Positions 1 to 9,857 of a DNA stretch of 64,000 bases are shown here, one piece after another. Source of the DNA: Sulfuricurvum sp. (GTDB lineage: Bacteria > Campylobacterota > Campylobacteria > Campylobacterales > Sulfurimonadaceae); NCBI GenBank assembly GCA_041661985.1, contig JBAZTK010000008.1:12383-76382 (forward strand), in the 5' to 3' direction. The translations under genes were made by a program, and so were the position numbers. The notes beneath the pieces were generated by a model. The model saw only the letters and a program-made list of their open reading frames with translations. It did not search any database and had not been told where the DNA came from. Each line of letters opens with the position of its first letter. Position 1 is the first letter of the stretch.

Positions 1-242
1 TGGTCAAAGAGGGGAAATACGCGCAAATTATCGGTATTCTCTACGACAACACAGCAAAAGTCAAAAACAAAAATATCTCTTTAGCCTATTTTGGACGTGC
101 AGAAAAAGTGACAAATGAGCTCAAATGTAATATTATCGCTTTTGTTCTGGGATGGCGTTTTGAGAAAAGTTTTCGTACGCTAGAACACTATCATAATCTT
201 ATGGCACAGTTAGAAAAATTACCGCGTGAGGGTGCATGCTGA
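1..242 (+). CDS. 3' end of an unidentified CDS (5'-truncated by window edge)
   Basis: Open frame from position 3 (VKEGKYAQIIGILYDN...LEKLPREGAC) ends at TGA 240-242 and overlaps the ATG at 236. Family not recognised. Confidence 0.6.
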   Translation, partial: VKEGKYAQIIGILYDNTAKVKNKNISLAYFGRAEKVTNELKCNIIAFVLGWRFEKSFRTLEHYHNLMAQLEKLPREGAC

Positions 243-940
243 TTTTTTTTGATACCGAAACGACTGGGCTGGAGGTAAATGATCGCCTTTGTGCTGTTGG
301 TTTGATTGAGGGGGATGAGGTTCATTATGAACTCATTAATCCGCTTAAAAAAATTCCGCCGGCCGCCAGTGCCATTCATCATATCACCAATGAGATGCTT
401 AAAGACGCACCTGTTTTTACAGTTTCTAAAAGTTACGAAAAGCTTATGGAACTTAATACTCCTGAGACTATTATGGTGTCGCATAATACTCCGTTTGATT
501 TGACAATGCTTCAAAAAGAGGGGATTGCATGGCAGGGACGTGTGATTGATACGCTCAAATGTTCCAAAGCATTAATGGATGATTTGGATGGGTATTCTTT
601 ACAGTTTTTACGTTATGAACTCAGACTGTATCGCAATGAAGCTAAAGTTTTTAGCGACTACGGAATTGATATAGTCCCTCATCATCCTGTGAGTGATGCA
701 TTGCATGCAAAAATGATTTATGAGTACTTGTTGGATCTGTCCGATGAGGAAACATTGATTGCAATGTCTCAAAGTCATATTTTATTGACACGTTTGCCGT
801 TTGGCAAATACGCCAAACGGCGTATTGAAGAAATAGCCCTTAAAGATGCGGCATACTTAAAATGGATGTTAGAGAGCTTGATGGATATGGATGAGGATTT
901 GCGTTACAGCATTGAACATCATTTACGCAGTTCGTTATAA
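236..940 (+). CDS. DEDDh 3'-5' exonuclease (DnaQ/ExoX-like) with C-terminal LPFGKY motif
   Basis: ExoI motif FFDTETTGL, SHNTPFD, HHPVSDA; C-terminal LPFGKY...YLKWM as in ExoX/DUF3820-type domains. Confidence 0.85.
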   Translation: MLIFFDTETTGLEVNDRLCAVGLIEGDEVHYELINPLKKIPPAASAIHHITNEMLKDAPVFTVSKSYEKLMELNTPETIMVSHNTPFDLTMLQKEGIAWQGRVIDTLKCSKALMDDLDGYSLQFLRYELRLYRNEAKVFSDYGIDIVPHHPVSDALHAKMIYEYLLDLSDEETLIAMSQSHILLTRLPFGKYAKRRIEEIALKDAAYLKWMLESLMDMDEDLRYSIEHHLRSSL

Positions 941-982
941 GGTATAATGATTAACTTAATTTAAGAGACAGGAACATCGATA

Positions 983-2302
983 ATGCAATGTGAACAGTAT
1001 GCGATTATCAGCAGTCATTGCAAAACAATTAAGCACATACTGATCATTGATGATTCTGTCAGTTTATCAAATCATCTTAAAGAGATGATCGAGGAATATT
1101 TTTTGTTTCGTTGTGATATTGCTATGACTGAGGCTCAAGCAAAAGAGATGATTGAGTGCAAGCGATATGACTTAATTATTACCGATGTTTATTTACCTGA
1201 CAGTAGCGGAAATTTTCTGGGTGAATTGGTACGAAGTGATCTATGTCTTATCGTCATGACTGCCAGTGAAAATGAGGAGCTTCGAGCGGGAATTCTGACA
1301 TTGCCGATTATTGATTATGTTTTGAAAAATGATGTTAAAACTTTGGTTGATTATTTGATTAATACGATACGGCGTTTGAATGAAAACCGCAATACAGTCA
1401 TAGGGATTTGTGATGATTCAAAAGGTTCACGTCACATTATGGCAGAATTGGTCAAATCCCAAAACCTCCCATATATAGAATTTACCAATGGGCAGGAGGT
1501 TTACAATTGTCTCGTGAAAGAAAATTGTAAAATTGATATTCTTCTGAGCGATTATGAAATGCCAAAAATGAATGGGCTTGAGCTGATTGGGCATCTTCGT
1601 CATGAATTTTTACCAAGCGAACTCCCAATCATTGCTATTTCATCGTCAGATAAACCTAATTTGACGGTTCAGTTTTTAAAAGCCGGAGCCAATGATTACA
1701 TCAAAAAACCTTTTGGAAATGAGGAACTTTGCACACGTCTCAATCTAACATTGGATCAGCTGTATGTTCACCGACGTAATATTGCCTTGCGTATTGCACT
1801 TGAAAAAGCGGCTACCCATGATTTTTTAACACAGCTGTACAATCGTAATTTCTTCTTTACTCAAATTCATCATATTACGTCTGATGCGATGCGGCAAAAA
1901 AAACCGTATGGCATTTTGATGATTGATATTGATCATTTCAAGCGTATCAATGATACACATGGACACCATTCGGGAGATGTAGCCATCACTCATCTTGCTT
2001 CTATACTTAAAAATACGGCCCGAACGTCGGATTATTGCATACGATGGGGCGGAGAAGAATTTTTGATTTTGATTCCGCATACGAGTATTTCTGAATTGCG
2101 TAAATTTGGAGAACGGCTGCGCAGTGCCGTTGAAAAATCACTTGTTTGTGTTGTTGATGAAAAAATCACTTTTCCCATTACTGTCAGTATCGGCGGTGCG
2201 GTGGGTCTGAGTGAAACAGCCAAAGAATTGATATTAGAAGCAGATAAGTTTTTGTATGAGGCGAAAAACTCGGGGCGTAATTGTGTTAAGACAGGAATTT
2301 AA
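983..2302 (+). CDS. Response-regulator diguanylate cyclase (REC-REC-GGDEF)
   Basis: Two receiver domains (IITDVYLPD; LLSDYEMPKMNG), DIDHFKRINDTHGH, and RTSD I-site before RWGGEEF. Confidence 0.92.
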   Translation: MQCEQYAIISSHCKTIKHILIIDDSVSLSNHLKEMIEEYFLFRCDIAMTEAQAKEMIECKRYDLIITDVYLPDSSGNFLGELVRSDLCLIVMTASENEELRAGILTLPIIDYVLKNDVKTLVDYLINTIRRLNENRNTVIGICDDSKGSRHIMAELVKSQNLPYIEFTNGQEVYNCLVKENCKIDILLSDYEMPKMNGLELIGHLRHEFLPSELPIIAISSSDKPNLTVQFLKAGANDYIKKPFGNEELCTRLNLTLDQLYVHRRNIALRIALEKAATHDFLTQLYNRNFFFTQIHHITSDAMRQKKPYGILMIDIDHFKRINDTHGHHSGDVAITHLASILKNTARTSDYCIRWGGEEFLILIPHTSISELRKFGERLRSAVEKSLVCVVDEKITFPITVSIGGAVGLSETAKELILEADKFLYEAKNSGRNCVKTGI

Positions 2303-2338
2303 ATCTATGTTAAAATACGAAAAATATATGGAGGTCTC

Positions 2339-2722
2339 GTGAAAGTAGCCATTGCGTGTGAATCTCCATTATTGCAGCGTTCATTAGAGCTTTTTTTAGA
2401 GGGGCGTTTGAGCTCGCAGCGTCATTGTGATATTGTTGTTCGAGATCGCGAGGTCCATAATGACGAGCATCTATCCTTGATTATTGGAACATCTCAGAGT
2501 GCAGATTTGATCAAGCCATTTTCTAAAGCGCAACTGTTTCACGCACTTGGACAAAAACTGGATGGGGTTAAGCACGAGGTATCTTTAAGTGCTTCTCCGC
2601 CTATTGAAGAGGATGAAGAAACGGAAGTGAGTTTTGACATACTGGAACGCCATATTGAAAAATTGACACGCGAGTATCAGGCGAATGTTCTTAAAGCGGT
2701 TCGGGCATTTTATGAAAAGTGA
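2339..2722 (+). CDS. Conserved hypothetical protein upstream of rsmD
   Basis: 127-aa ORF with GGAGG RBS and GTG start; stop overlaps rsmD start; position matches the Campylobacterota rsmD-flgI neighbourhood. Confidence 0.7.
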   Translation: MKVAIACESPLLQRSLELFLEGRLSSQRHCDIVVRDREVHNDEHLSLIIGTSQSADLIKPFSKAQLFHALGQKLDGVKHEVSLSASPPIEEDEETEVSFDILERHIEKLTREYQANVLKAVRAFYEK

Positions 2723-3299
2723 CACGGTGCTAACCAAGCGGATTGTCGCCGGTAAATACAAAGGTAAAGTATTGAAGCTCCCTTCCAAGGAAACCACCCG
2801 AAGCTCTAAATCGATTGTGTTAGAATCGTTTTTTAATACGCTGCAATTTGATGTGATCGATTCGGTCTTGGTCGAAGTATTTTCAGGAAGCGGATCTATA
2901 GGATTGGAAGCGCTGAGTCGCGGTGCTAAGAGAATACTCTTTATGGAAAAAGATCGCGATGCGATTAAAGCGCTTCGCAGTAATATTGCTCAAACCGACG
3001 CGAGCGCGTGTGAAGTGTACGAGGGTGATAGTTTTACTAATATCGTACAGGTCAGAAAACGGCTTGAGAACCTGGATGCAAGTGCTTTTATCTATGTTGA
3101 CCCTCCTTTTTCCTTTCGTGATGGAATGGAGGAGATTTACGACAAAATGTTGCTGTTGATTGCTTCATTGCCTCTGAGTGTGGTTCAATTGATTACTATT
3201 GAGCATATGAGTACCTTGGAACTGCCTGATTCTATCGGTGAATTTAACCGTATAAAGTCCAAACGTTTCGGAAAAACCTCACTTACCTATTACGCCTAA
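2712..3299 (+). CDS. rsmD: 16S rRNA (guanine966-N2)-methyltransferase RsmD
   Basis: RIVAGKYKG, EVFSGSGSIGLEALSRGA, YVDPPF. Start placed at ATG 2712 rather than the track's 2685. Confidence 0.88.
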   Translation: MKSDTVLTKRIVAGKYKGKVLKLPSKETTRSSKSIVLESFFNTLQFDVIDSVLVEVFSGSGSIGLEALSRGAKRILFMEKDRDAIKALRSNIAQTDASACEVYEGDSFTNIVQVRKRLENLDASAFIYVDPPFSFRDGMEEIYDKMLLLIASLPLSVVQLITIEHMSTLELPDSIGEFNRIKSKRFGKTSLTYYA

Positions 3300-3325
3300 A
3301 TTTCCTCATCTAAGCCTTTAAAACA

Positions 3326-3341
3326 TGGAACAATGTTTGCT
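3326..3341 (+). promoter_or_regulatory. Sigma54 (RpoN) -24/-12 promoter of the flgI operon
   Basis: TGGAACAATGTTTGCT has GG-N10-GC spacing and matches the Campylobacterota TGGAAC-N-TTGC consensus; it lies upstream of flgI. Confidence 0.85.
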
Positions 3342-3369
3342 ATATCTTTGGATATAGCAAAGGATATCG

Positions 3370-4416
3370 ATGAAATTACTGGCTCTTTTTTTCCTTTTAT
3401 TTAGTTCACTATACGCAACCCGTATCAGTGAAGTAGCCAACATCGTCGGCGTTCGCGACAACCAAATTATAGGTTACTCGCTGGTCGTGGGTTTGAAAAA
3501 AACCGGGGATGGAACAACGTCTAAATTTACTCTCCAATCTATTGCCAATATGCTTAAAGCTATGAATATTGACATGAATCCCGTTGACATTAAATCTAAA
3601 AACGTTGCGGCTGTTGTCGTAACAGCTAAATTTGCTCCGTTTGCACGACAGGGTGATGCATTTGATGTCACGGTATCCTCTATAGGAGATGCTAAATCGT
3701 TAGAGGGCGGAACACTTCTCATGACTCCTCTAAAAGGGGTTGACGGAAAGATCTATGCATTGGCCCAAGGTGCCGTGAGCATTGGCGGAAAAAATGAAAA
3801 AGGGGCCGGGGCAGAGTCGCATCCAACGGCCGGAATGGTCTATGGCGGCGGTTTGGTTGAACGTGAAATAGCCCAAGACCTTGCACATCAAGAAACTGCA
3901 ACGCTTTCTCTCAAGACGTCAAATTTTGCCAATGCTGTAGCCATTCAAAATGCAGTCAATGCCCGTTTTAATGGAGAAATTTCGAATGCAATTGATTCAC
4001 GTACGATTTTAATCAAGCGCCCTAAAAATAAAAGTATGGTTGAGTTTATCGCTGAGGTTGAAAATCTCTCCATTGATTATTCGGTGGAACAAAAAATTAT
4101 CATCAATGAGCGTACGGGTACGATTATTGCTGGTGTTGATGTAGAGATCAAGCCGGTGGTGATAACACAAGGGGAGATAACAGTGAAGATCCTCTCGCAA
4201 GATGCGGTTTCAAAACCAAACGGAAGTGTTGCAATGGATAAGTCACTGGTGATTGGTCTTAATGAAAATGAAGTGTATACCCAAAAAGGGACAACAACCG
4301 TGGCCAATATCGTACGTTCTCTTCAAAAACTTGGAGCAAGTCCAAAAGCGATGATTTCCATTTTACAAGCGATGAAAAGTGCTGGTGCCATTTCGGTTGA
4401 ATTGGAAGTCATCTGA
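3370..4416 (+). CDS. flgI: Flagellar P-ring protein FlgI
   Basis: Signal peptide, GVRDNQIIGYSLVVGL, SIGDAKSLEGGTLLMTPL, INERTGTII. Confidence 0.96.
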   Translation: MKLLALFFLLFSSLYATRISEVANIVGVRDNQIIGYSLVVGLKKTGDGTTSKFTLQSIANMLKAMNIDMNPVDIKSKNVAAVVVTAKFAPFARQGDAFDVTVSSIGDAKSLEGGTLLMTPLKGVDGKIYALAQGAVSIGGKNEKGAGAESHPTAGMVYGGGLVEREIAQDLAHQETATLSLKTSNFANAVAIQNAVNARFNGEISNAIDSRTILIKRPKNKSMVEFIAEVENLSIDYSVEQKIIINERTGTIIAGVDVEIKPVVITQGEITVKILSQDAVSKPNGSVAMDKSLVIGLNENEVYTQKGTTTVANIVRSLQKLGASPKAMISILQAMKSAGAISVELEVI

Positions 4417-4700
4417 TGGAAATTACAAATGTTAATGCGCAAAAAGCACTTCCGACGATCGGCTCAAAAGATAGCGATAAAGCACTTCGAGAAAAAACAG
4501 ATCAATTTGAATCTATTATTGTCAAGATGATGTTAGATGAGGCGATGAAAGATGAAAAAAATCTTTATACCACCAATGATCCTGGAGACAAAATTTTCAA
4601 ATCGATGTATCGTGAAGAACTATCCAATGCGAGTGCGGGAGGATTTGGATTTTCTCAAATGCTTTTCGAACACCTGACTCAAAAAGGGGTGAAACATTAA
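4416..4700 (+). CDS. flgJ: Rod-binding protein FlgJ (short form, no muramidase domain)
   Basis: EKTDQFESIIVKMML...GGFGFSQMLFEHL; 94 aa; coupled to flgI. Confidence 0.8.
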   Translation: MEITNVNAQKALPTIGSKDSDKALREKTDQFESIIVKMMLDEAMKDEKNLYTTNDPGDKIFKSMYREELSNASAGGFGFSQMLFEHLTQKGVKH

Positions 4701-4724
4701 ATTTTTTGCAACTTTTGCCGATAT
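4698..4724 (+). promoter_or_regulatory. Sigma28 (FliA) promoter for flgM-flgN-flgK
   Basis: TAAA (4698-4701), 15-nt spacer, GCCGATAT (4717-4724). Confidence 0.88.
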
Positions 4725-4765
4725 GATGAATAGACATCATAAACGTAAAAAAATAAGGATTTAAC

Positions 4766-4972
4766 ATGATTTCAAGCGTTAATGGCTCACTCATTAGAGG
4801 GGCTTATCCGGAAACAGTATTAAAGAATAAAGAGCAGGAAAAAACTGCTCAGACCGTAACAAAGCAAGGTGATACAAGCCGGATCGAAGAGCTTAAAGCT
4901 TCTATCGAAAAAGGGGAGTATCGGGTGGATATAGAAGCGTTAGCTAAGCGTATTGCGCACGAGCTAACCTGA
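4766..4972 (+). CDS. flgM: Anti-sigma28 factor FlgM
   Basis: C-terminal RIEELKASIEKGEYRVDIEALAKRIA; 68 aa; follows a sigma28 promoter. Confidence 0.9.
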   Translation: MISSVNGSLIRGAYPETVLKNKEQEKTAQTVTKQGDTSRIEELKASIEKGEYRVDIEALAKRIAHELT

Positions 4973-4986
4973 ATCTTTAGGAGTTT

Positions 4987-5418
4987 ATGATGTTGTCTTT
5001 CCAATTACAAAGTGCAATCAAAGAGTTAGATACTTTGATCGCACTCTCGCTCGAAGATATTGAAAATATCAAAGAAGCTAAGCACAATCCACAATTTGAC
5101 AGATTATCAATTAAAGAAGAAAAGATTAAGAGCTTTGAACATAAAAAAGCGATGATCGATCATGAAATTTCTAAATTGATGACACAAGAACCTGTCAAAC
5201 CATTATCTGAGCTTTTGGATGAAGAACAACATCAACAATTAGAGACTCTTAAATTACGCCTTAGTACGCTTCGTACAGTCAATCAGCAATACGCAAAAAT
5301 GGTATTAAGTGTAGGCGCATTTTTTAATACGCTGTTAGAGAAAATTATGCCAACACAGATGCATGGATATCGCAGTGTAGCAACAAGAGAGTCTGCATTT
5401 TTGGAAGTGAGAGCATAA
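4987..5418 (+). CDS. flgN: Flagellar export chaperone FlgN
   Basis: Helical 143-aa protein between flgM and flgK; conserved synteny. Confidence 0.75.
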   Translation: MMLSFQLQSAIKELDTLIALSLEDIENIKEAKHNPQFDRLSIKEEKIKSFEHKKAMIDHEISKLMTQEPVKPLSELLDEEQHQQLETLKLRLSTLRTVNQQYAKMVLSVGAFFNTLLEKIMPTQMHGYRSVATRESAFLEVRA

Positions 5419-5419
5419 C

Positions 5420-7294
5420 ATGGCATCTATATTTAATGCACTTCATATTGGATACAGCGGACTTAACGCTGCTCAAGTCGGTATCGATACTACGGGGCAT
5501 AATATTGCTAATGCTGAAACAGAAGGCTACTCTCGTCAGAGAGTCGTTACATCCGAAGCAACCCCTATTAGTATTACTCCAGGTGGTAGAGGTAACGGTG
5601 TACAAATTGCCGAGATTGTTCGTGTCTTTGATTCTTTTGTGAATGCACGTTTTGAAACTGCCGCTCAAAACAAAGAATATTCGGATACGCTCAAAAAAAA
5701 TCTAGAAGAGCTTTCAACCTATTTTCCTGATATTGATAATGTTGGAATTAAACAAGACCTGCAAAATTATTTTAATTCATGGCAGTCACTTGCAGCCAAT
5801 CCAAGCAACACAGCTATCAAAGTGGATTTGGCACAAAAAACTCAAGTATTAACGCAGCATCTTTCTCAAACACGTTCCAAAATAGGGGCACTGCAAGGTT
5901 CTTTAGACAGTCAGATTAAAGTGAGTGTTGACGAAGTAAATAGAATCGGTCAACAAATCGCAAATATGAATAAAGCAATTAATCTTGCTGAAAGTGATGG
6001 TGTCAGCAATGCAAATGATTTACGTGATCAGCGCGGCGTATTGGAAATGTCACTTAAAAAATTAGTTGGGGCGAGTGTCTTTTCAGGGAATATTCAAAGT
6101 AACATGCCTGTAGATAGTAATATCGCAATTGAAAACGGGACCTATAATGTTCAAGTTGCTGGATTTAATCTCGTTGATGGTTCTTCATTTCATCCAATTG
6201 GTATGGACAGTAAAAATAATGCCGGTAATTTTAATGATATTTATTATGAGCGCCAAGATGGAGTCCGTTTTCCTGTAGGAGATAAGCTTGCTGGTGGTAA
6301 AATTGGTGCGATGCTCGAATTGCGTGGAAGCAAATTAGGAAGCGATGGCATATTTGAGAATGGATTTTTGCAAGAAACAATGAATAATCTAGATATTTTT
6401 TCAAAAGGATTAATTGAATCAACCAATAATGTTTATGCACAGACAGCTACGAATGCGATGCAGTCAAATTCATTATCTTTTAATGATAAGCAGGCATTGT
6501 TAAGTACAAATGAAAACTTCAAATCAGGCAGTTTTGATCTGGTGGCTTACGATATAAATGGAAATGAAGTTGGGCGTAGAAGTGTTAATATCAATACCAG
6601 TACAGTTATTGATAATGCGAGTGGGACTAATCTTTTGAGCGATGGTGTTACTCCAAACAGTATCGCAGAGCAACTAAGAGCTCAAAAAGATGACAACAAT
6701 GATCAGAATGCTCTTAATGACATCGATGATATGATTAGCCCCTCATTTGTAACACCCAGCAATATTTTTTCCATTTCTATGAAAGGGCAATACGCATCGG
6801 CCGGATATACTTTTGCAATACAGGATCATGGTTCTAATTTTGCCGGTGTAACTGGCTTGAACCGTTTTTTAGATGGTAACAGTGCGAAAAATATTACACT
6901 CAATGCGTCACTGCAAAGCAATGCCTCTGATATACGTGGATTTAAATCTCCCTCGCAGGGAGATAATCAAACCGCTTTAGAGATGGTACAGTTGCAATTT
7001 TCAGCAGTAGATTTTAAAGAAGGGTACAATAAAAACAGTGTTGATACGATTTATGGCAGATTTGATAATTTGGCTACACAAGTTGGAACGCGAACCAATG
7101 CCGTAATTACGAATAATGATAGCATAACTGCACAGTTTAATGCTGTGAAACAGGAACAGGATTCTATTAGTAAAGTAAGCATTGATGAAGAAATGGCCAA
7201 TCTTATTCGTTATCAAACCTCTTATGGTGCAGCTGCAAAGGTTATCACTACAATCGATCAGATGATGACAACGCTTTTAGGACTCAAGCAGTAA
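5420..7294 (+). CDS. flgK: Flagellar hook-associated protein FlgK
   Basis: N-terminal GHNIANAETEGYSRQRV; C-terminal VSIDEEMANLIRYQTSYGAAAKVI. Confidence 0.96.
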   Translation: MASIFNALHIGYSGLNAAQVGIDTTGHNIANAETEGYSRQRVVTSEATPISITPGGRGNGVQIAEIVRVFDSFVNARFETAAQNKEYSDTLKKNLEELSTYFPDIDNVGIKQDLQNYFNSWQSLAANPSNTAIKVDLAQKTQVLTQHLSQTRSKIGALQGSLDSQIKVSVDEVNRIGQQIANMNKAINLAESDGVSNANDLRDQRGVLEMSLKKLVGASVFSGNIQSNMPVDSNIAIENGTYNVQVAGFNLVDGSSFHPIGMDSKNNAGNFNDIYYERQDGVRFPVGDKLAGGKIGAMLELRGSKLGSDGIFENGFLQETMNNLDIFSKGLIESTNNVYAQTATNAMQSNSLSFNDKQALLSTNENFKSGSFDLVAYDINGNEVGRRSVNINTSTVIDNASGTNLLSDGVTPNSIAEQLRAQKDDNNDQNALNDIDDMISPSFVTPSNIFSISMKGQYASAGYTFAIQDHGSNFAGVTGLNRFLDGNSAKNITLNASLQSNASDIRGFKSPSQGDNQTALEMVQLQFSAVDFKEGYNKNSVDTIYGRFDNLATQVGTRTNAVITNNDSITAQFNAVKQEQDSISKVSIDEEMANLIRYQTSYGAAAKVITTIDQMMTTLLGLKQ

Positions 7295-8088
7295 TGTTCT
7301 ACGCTAGTGTCGTCCTGCTCGTGGGCGTCCTGCTCCTCTCATTTTTCGGGAATACTTTTTACTTAATAGACCCTTCCCATCTGGATAAAAACAGTATTTT
7401 ATTGCATCCTTCTCTTGAACATTATTTCGGTACAGATAGGTTAGGACGCGATCTTTTTGCTCGCCTGATTGAAGGTGGACAGGTATCACTGATTATTGGT
7501 TTTGCAAGTGCTTTGCTATCTACCTTTGTGGGCCTTTTATACGGCGTAAGCGCAGCGTTGATAAGAGGCGGTTTTGATAAGCTTTTTATTGTGATCGTAG
7601 ACTTATTTTTGACATTTCCAACACTCTTTTTATTACTTACACTCGTAAGTTATGTGAATGCGTCTGTATGGGTGTTGATACTGATCATCTCGATAACAGG
7701 ATGGATGGGGACGGCACGTCTTATCCGATCTGAGAGTTTTGCTATTGCCTCGAAGCCATTTATCCGGATTTTGCATATTGGTAAAGTGCATCCGATTAAA
7801 ATAATTTTCAAGTATTATGCGCCATTGCTTGCGCCGATAGTGCTGGTTAGTTTTACAATTGGGGTAGGGGGGGCAATTTTGGCCGAATCGGGGCTCTCAT
7901 TTTTAGGGCTTGGGATCGTCGCGCCTCAAATGAGCTGGGGAAGTATTTTAAGTAATGGAAAAGAAGTCATTGATATTGCATGGTGGGTAAGCTTTTTTCC
8001 TGGTCTTATGATCTTTATTGTCACTTTTTCACTGATGAATATTTCCAATACATTGCAGGCACGGCTGAATCAAAAAGAGATTCGTTAG
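7294..8088 (+). CDS. ABC transporter permease (OppC/DppC type)
   Basis: HYFGTDRLGRDLFARL, EAA-like loop ARLIRSE, AILAESGLSFLGLG...SWGSILS. Confidence 0.88.
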   Translation: MFYASVVLLVGVLLLSFFGNTFYLIDPSHLDKNSILLHPSLEHYFGTDRLGRDLFARLIEGGQVSLIIGFASALLSTFVGLLYGVSAALIRGGFDKLFIVIVDLFLTFPTLFLLLTLVSYVNASVWVLILIISITGWMGTARLIRSESFAIASKPFIRILHIGKVHPIKIIFKYYAPLLAPIVLVSFTIGVGGAILAESGLSFLGLGIVAPQMSWGSILSNGKEVIDIAWWVSFFPGLMIFIVTFSLMNISNTLQARLNQKEIR

Positions 8089-9266
8089 CGCAGTATATGC
8101 CCGACAAATTTTGACATATTGTTTAAAATTTTTCCTCCACGTCGAAAACCTAGCCCACACGCTTCATAGGCAAAAAAGACACCTGCTTGATAGCTGTTTC
8201 CCTGAGCATCTTTTGGTAATTCGACGTATTCTTGATAGATGGCTTTGAAATTGCCATAAGGACCATCATTGGCTTCAATTGTCTTTCCTGATGCATCCAT
8301 AATACGGACGTTGGCTCCTTCGCGACCGAACACTCTTTTCTCGACACATTCAATTCCTTGTAATGGTTCAAAAGAAGTTTTGAGCAGGTATTGGGAATCT
8401 GGAAAAAGGTCACATAAGATTTTGAGCATTCCTTTGGATTGAAACAACAAGGTATAGGCAGGATTCAATATAATCGCTTTTTGATTATTGACAATGGTAC
8501 TGAGTAAAACAGCGAGTTCAGGTTCATCAATCGCAATGTCTTCCCATGGAAAGAGCTTGAACCAATATTCATAAGGGGTATCGTCACTGTCGTATATCCC
8601 TTCATCATCGAATTTTACACCACCCATAGATTCAAAGCCTGTTTCAAAACCGGTGTCTATTGCCATTTGCTGAAGCAATCTTACGGTTTGTTCTTCTTCG
8701 ACGTTATCGTTGATAGAACTAAAAAGTATTTTCCACCCATCATAGTGTTCATCGAATATTTCGGTATCGTCAAAGAGGGTAACCAGCCTGCGAAAATTCT
8801 CGCTGATCGCTTCGTACACATTGTTAAATTGGCGCTCTTCATCCATTTCGTTGTGCTTGAGAATGGCCCATTGTAAAATAGCGGTTTCGAATAGCGAAGT
8901 TGGGGTATCTGCATTGAATTCGATCAGTTTGATCGGTTTACCGTCAATCCCGCCTGCGAGGTCAAAACGACCATACAGATGCCAGTGAACATCATTGTCC
9001 CAGCTTTTTTTGATCAATTCGATCAGGTTGAAAGGAATGCCAAGCTCAAAAAAGAGGTTATTATCGATGACGTGTTGTGCTGCAGTGGCGTACATGTCAT
9101 AGAGCTCGTTAACTGCCTCATAATACGCCTCTGCTTCTTGGTCACTAACGATGACGAGTTCATCAGCAACGTATTTGCTTTGATCACTGTCGGTATGCCA
9201 GTGGAATCCAATGGTTTCCAGTACGGTATCATTAATGGGTTGTATTTTTTGCAGGTTTACCATCAT
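8085..9266 (-). CDS. Glutathionylspermidine synthase-family ATP-grasp protein
   Basis: YGRFDLAGG, KLIEFNADTPTSLFE, KRVFGREGANV. Confidence 0.9.
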   Translation of the reverse strand: MMVNLQKIQPINDTVLETIGFHWHTDSDQSKYVADELVIVSDQEAEAYYEAVNELYDMYATAAQHVIDNNLFFELGIPFNLIELIKKSWDNDVHWHLYGRFDLAGGIDGKPIKLIEFNADTPTSLFETAILQWAILKHNEMDEERQFNNVYEAISENFRRLVTLFDDTEIFDEHYDGWKILFSSINDNVEEEQTVRLLQQMAIDTGFETGFESMGGVKFDDEGIYDSDDTPYEYWFKLFPWEDIAIDEPELAVLLSTIVNNQKAIILNPAYTLLFQSKGMLKILCDLFPDSQYLLKTSFEPLQGIECVEKRVFGREGANVRIMDASGKTIEANDGPYGNFKAIYQEYVELPKDAQGNSYQAGVFFAYEACGLGFRRGGKILNNMSKFVGHILR

Positions 9267-9847
9267 CAGCCTCCGAAGCTACTAGATGAACTACTACTTC
9301 TAGAGCTTGAGCTTCCAAAAAAACTTTTTTTAGGACTTCCGCCAGAGGCTTTGCTACCGCTTTGATTGGCTGAGCGATGATAGGCTGATTTATTGGAAGC
9401 ATCTTGATTTTTGCGGAAGTTGGAGTTATTCATGAGGGCATTACCAATCATATTACCTAGTAATGCACCCCCGGCTGCTGCGAGGATCGTTCCGCCTAGA
9501 CCCATCCCCTCGCTTTTTGGCTCTGAGTTGAGTTCGGACTTACCTTCCTGCATTTTTTTGTACTCTTGGTCGGCCATCGCTTTGAGTTCAGCTTCGCTCA
9601 TAACACGTTCGTGTACGGTACCATTTTCATCGGTTTCATGGATAATTGCGCGGCTTGGTCCTGTTGTTGGCATCTCTTCGATAACCACATATTTTCCATT
9701 TGGCTGTTGCTCTACGACCAAAAATTTATTAGGGGCCTCTTCATTTTTTGTCTCATCTTGAGAACTTTGGCATCCGCTTAAAGCACTTAAGACGGCTAAT
9801 CCTACTGTCCCCATTATGACATTACGCGCACTTATACTGTGTTTCAT
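9266..9847 (-). CDS. UPF0323-family lipoprotein
   Basis: ATG at 9847 with AGGAG RBS; lipobox LSGC; Gly/Ser-rich tail; coupled to the Gsp-synthase gene as in Campylobacter. Confidence 0.8.
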   Translation of the reverse strand: MKHSISARNVIMGTVGLAVLSALSGCQSSQDETKNEEAPNKFLVVEQQPNGKYVVIEEMPTTGPSRAIIHETDENGTVHERVMSEAELKAMADQEYKKMQEGKSELNSEPKSEGMGLGGTILAAAGGALLGNMIGNALMNNSNFRKNQDASNKSAYHRSANQSGSKASGGSPKKSFFGSSSSRSSSSSSSFGG

Positions 9848-9857
9848 GGTAATTCTC

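Noticed and set aside
9266-9330. Ser-rich low-complexity run as a contingency repeat
   Set aside because: It uses mixed Ser codons with no perfect tandem nucleotide unit; this is ordinary low-complexity protein sequence.
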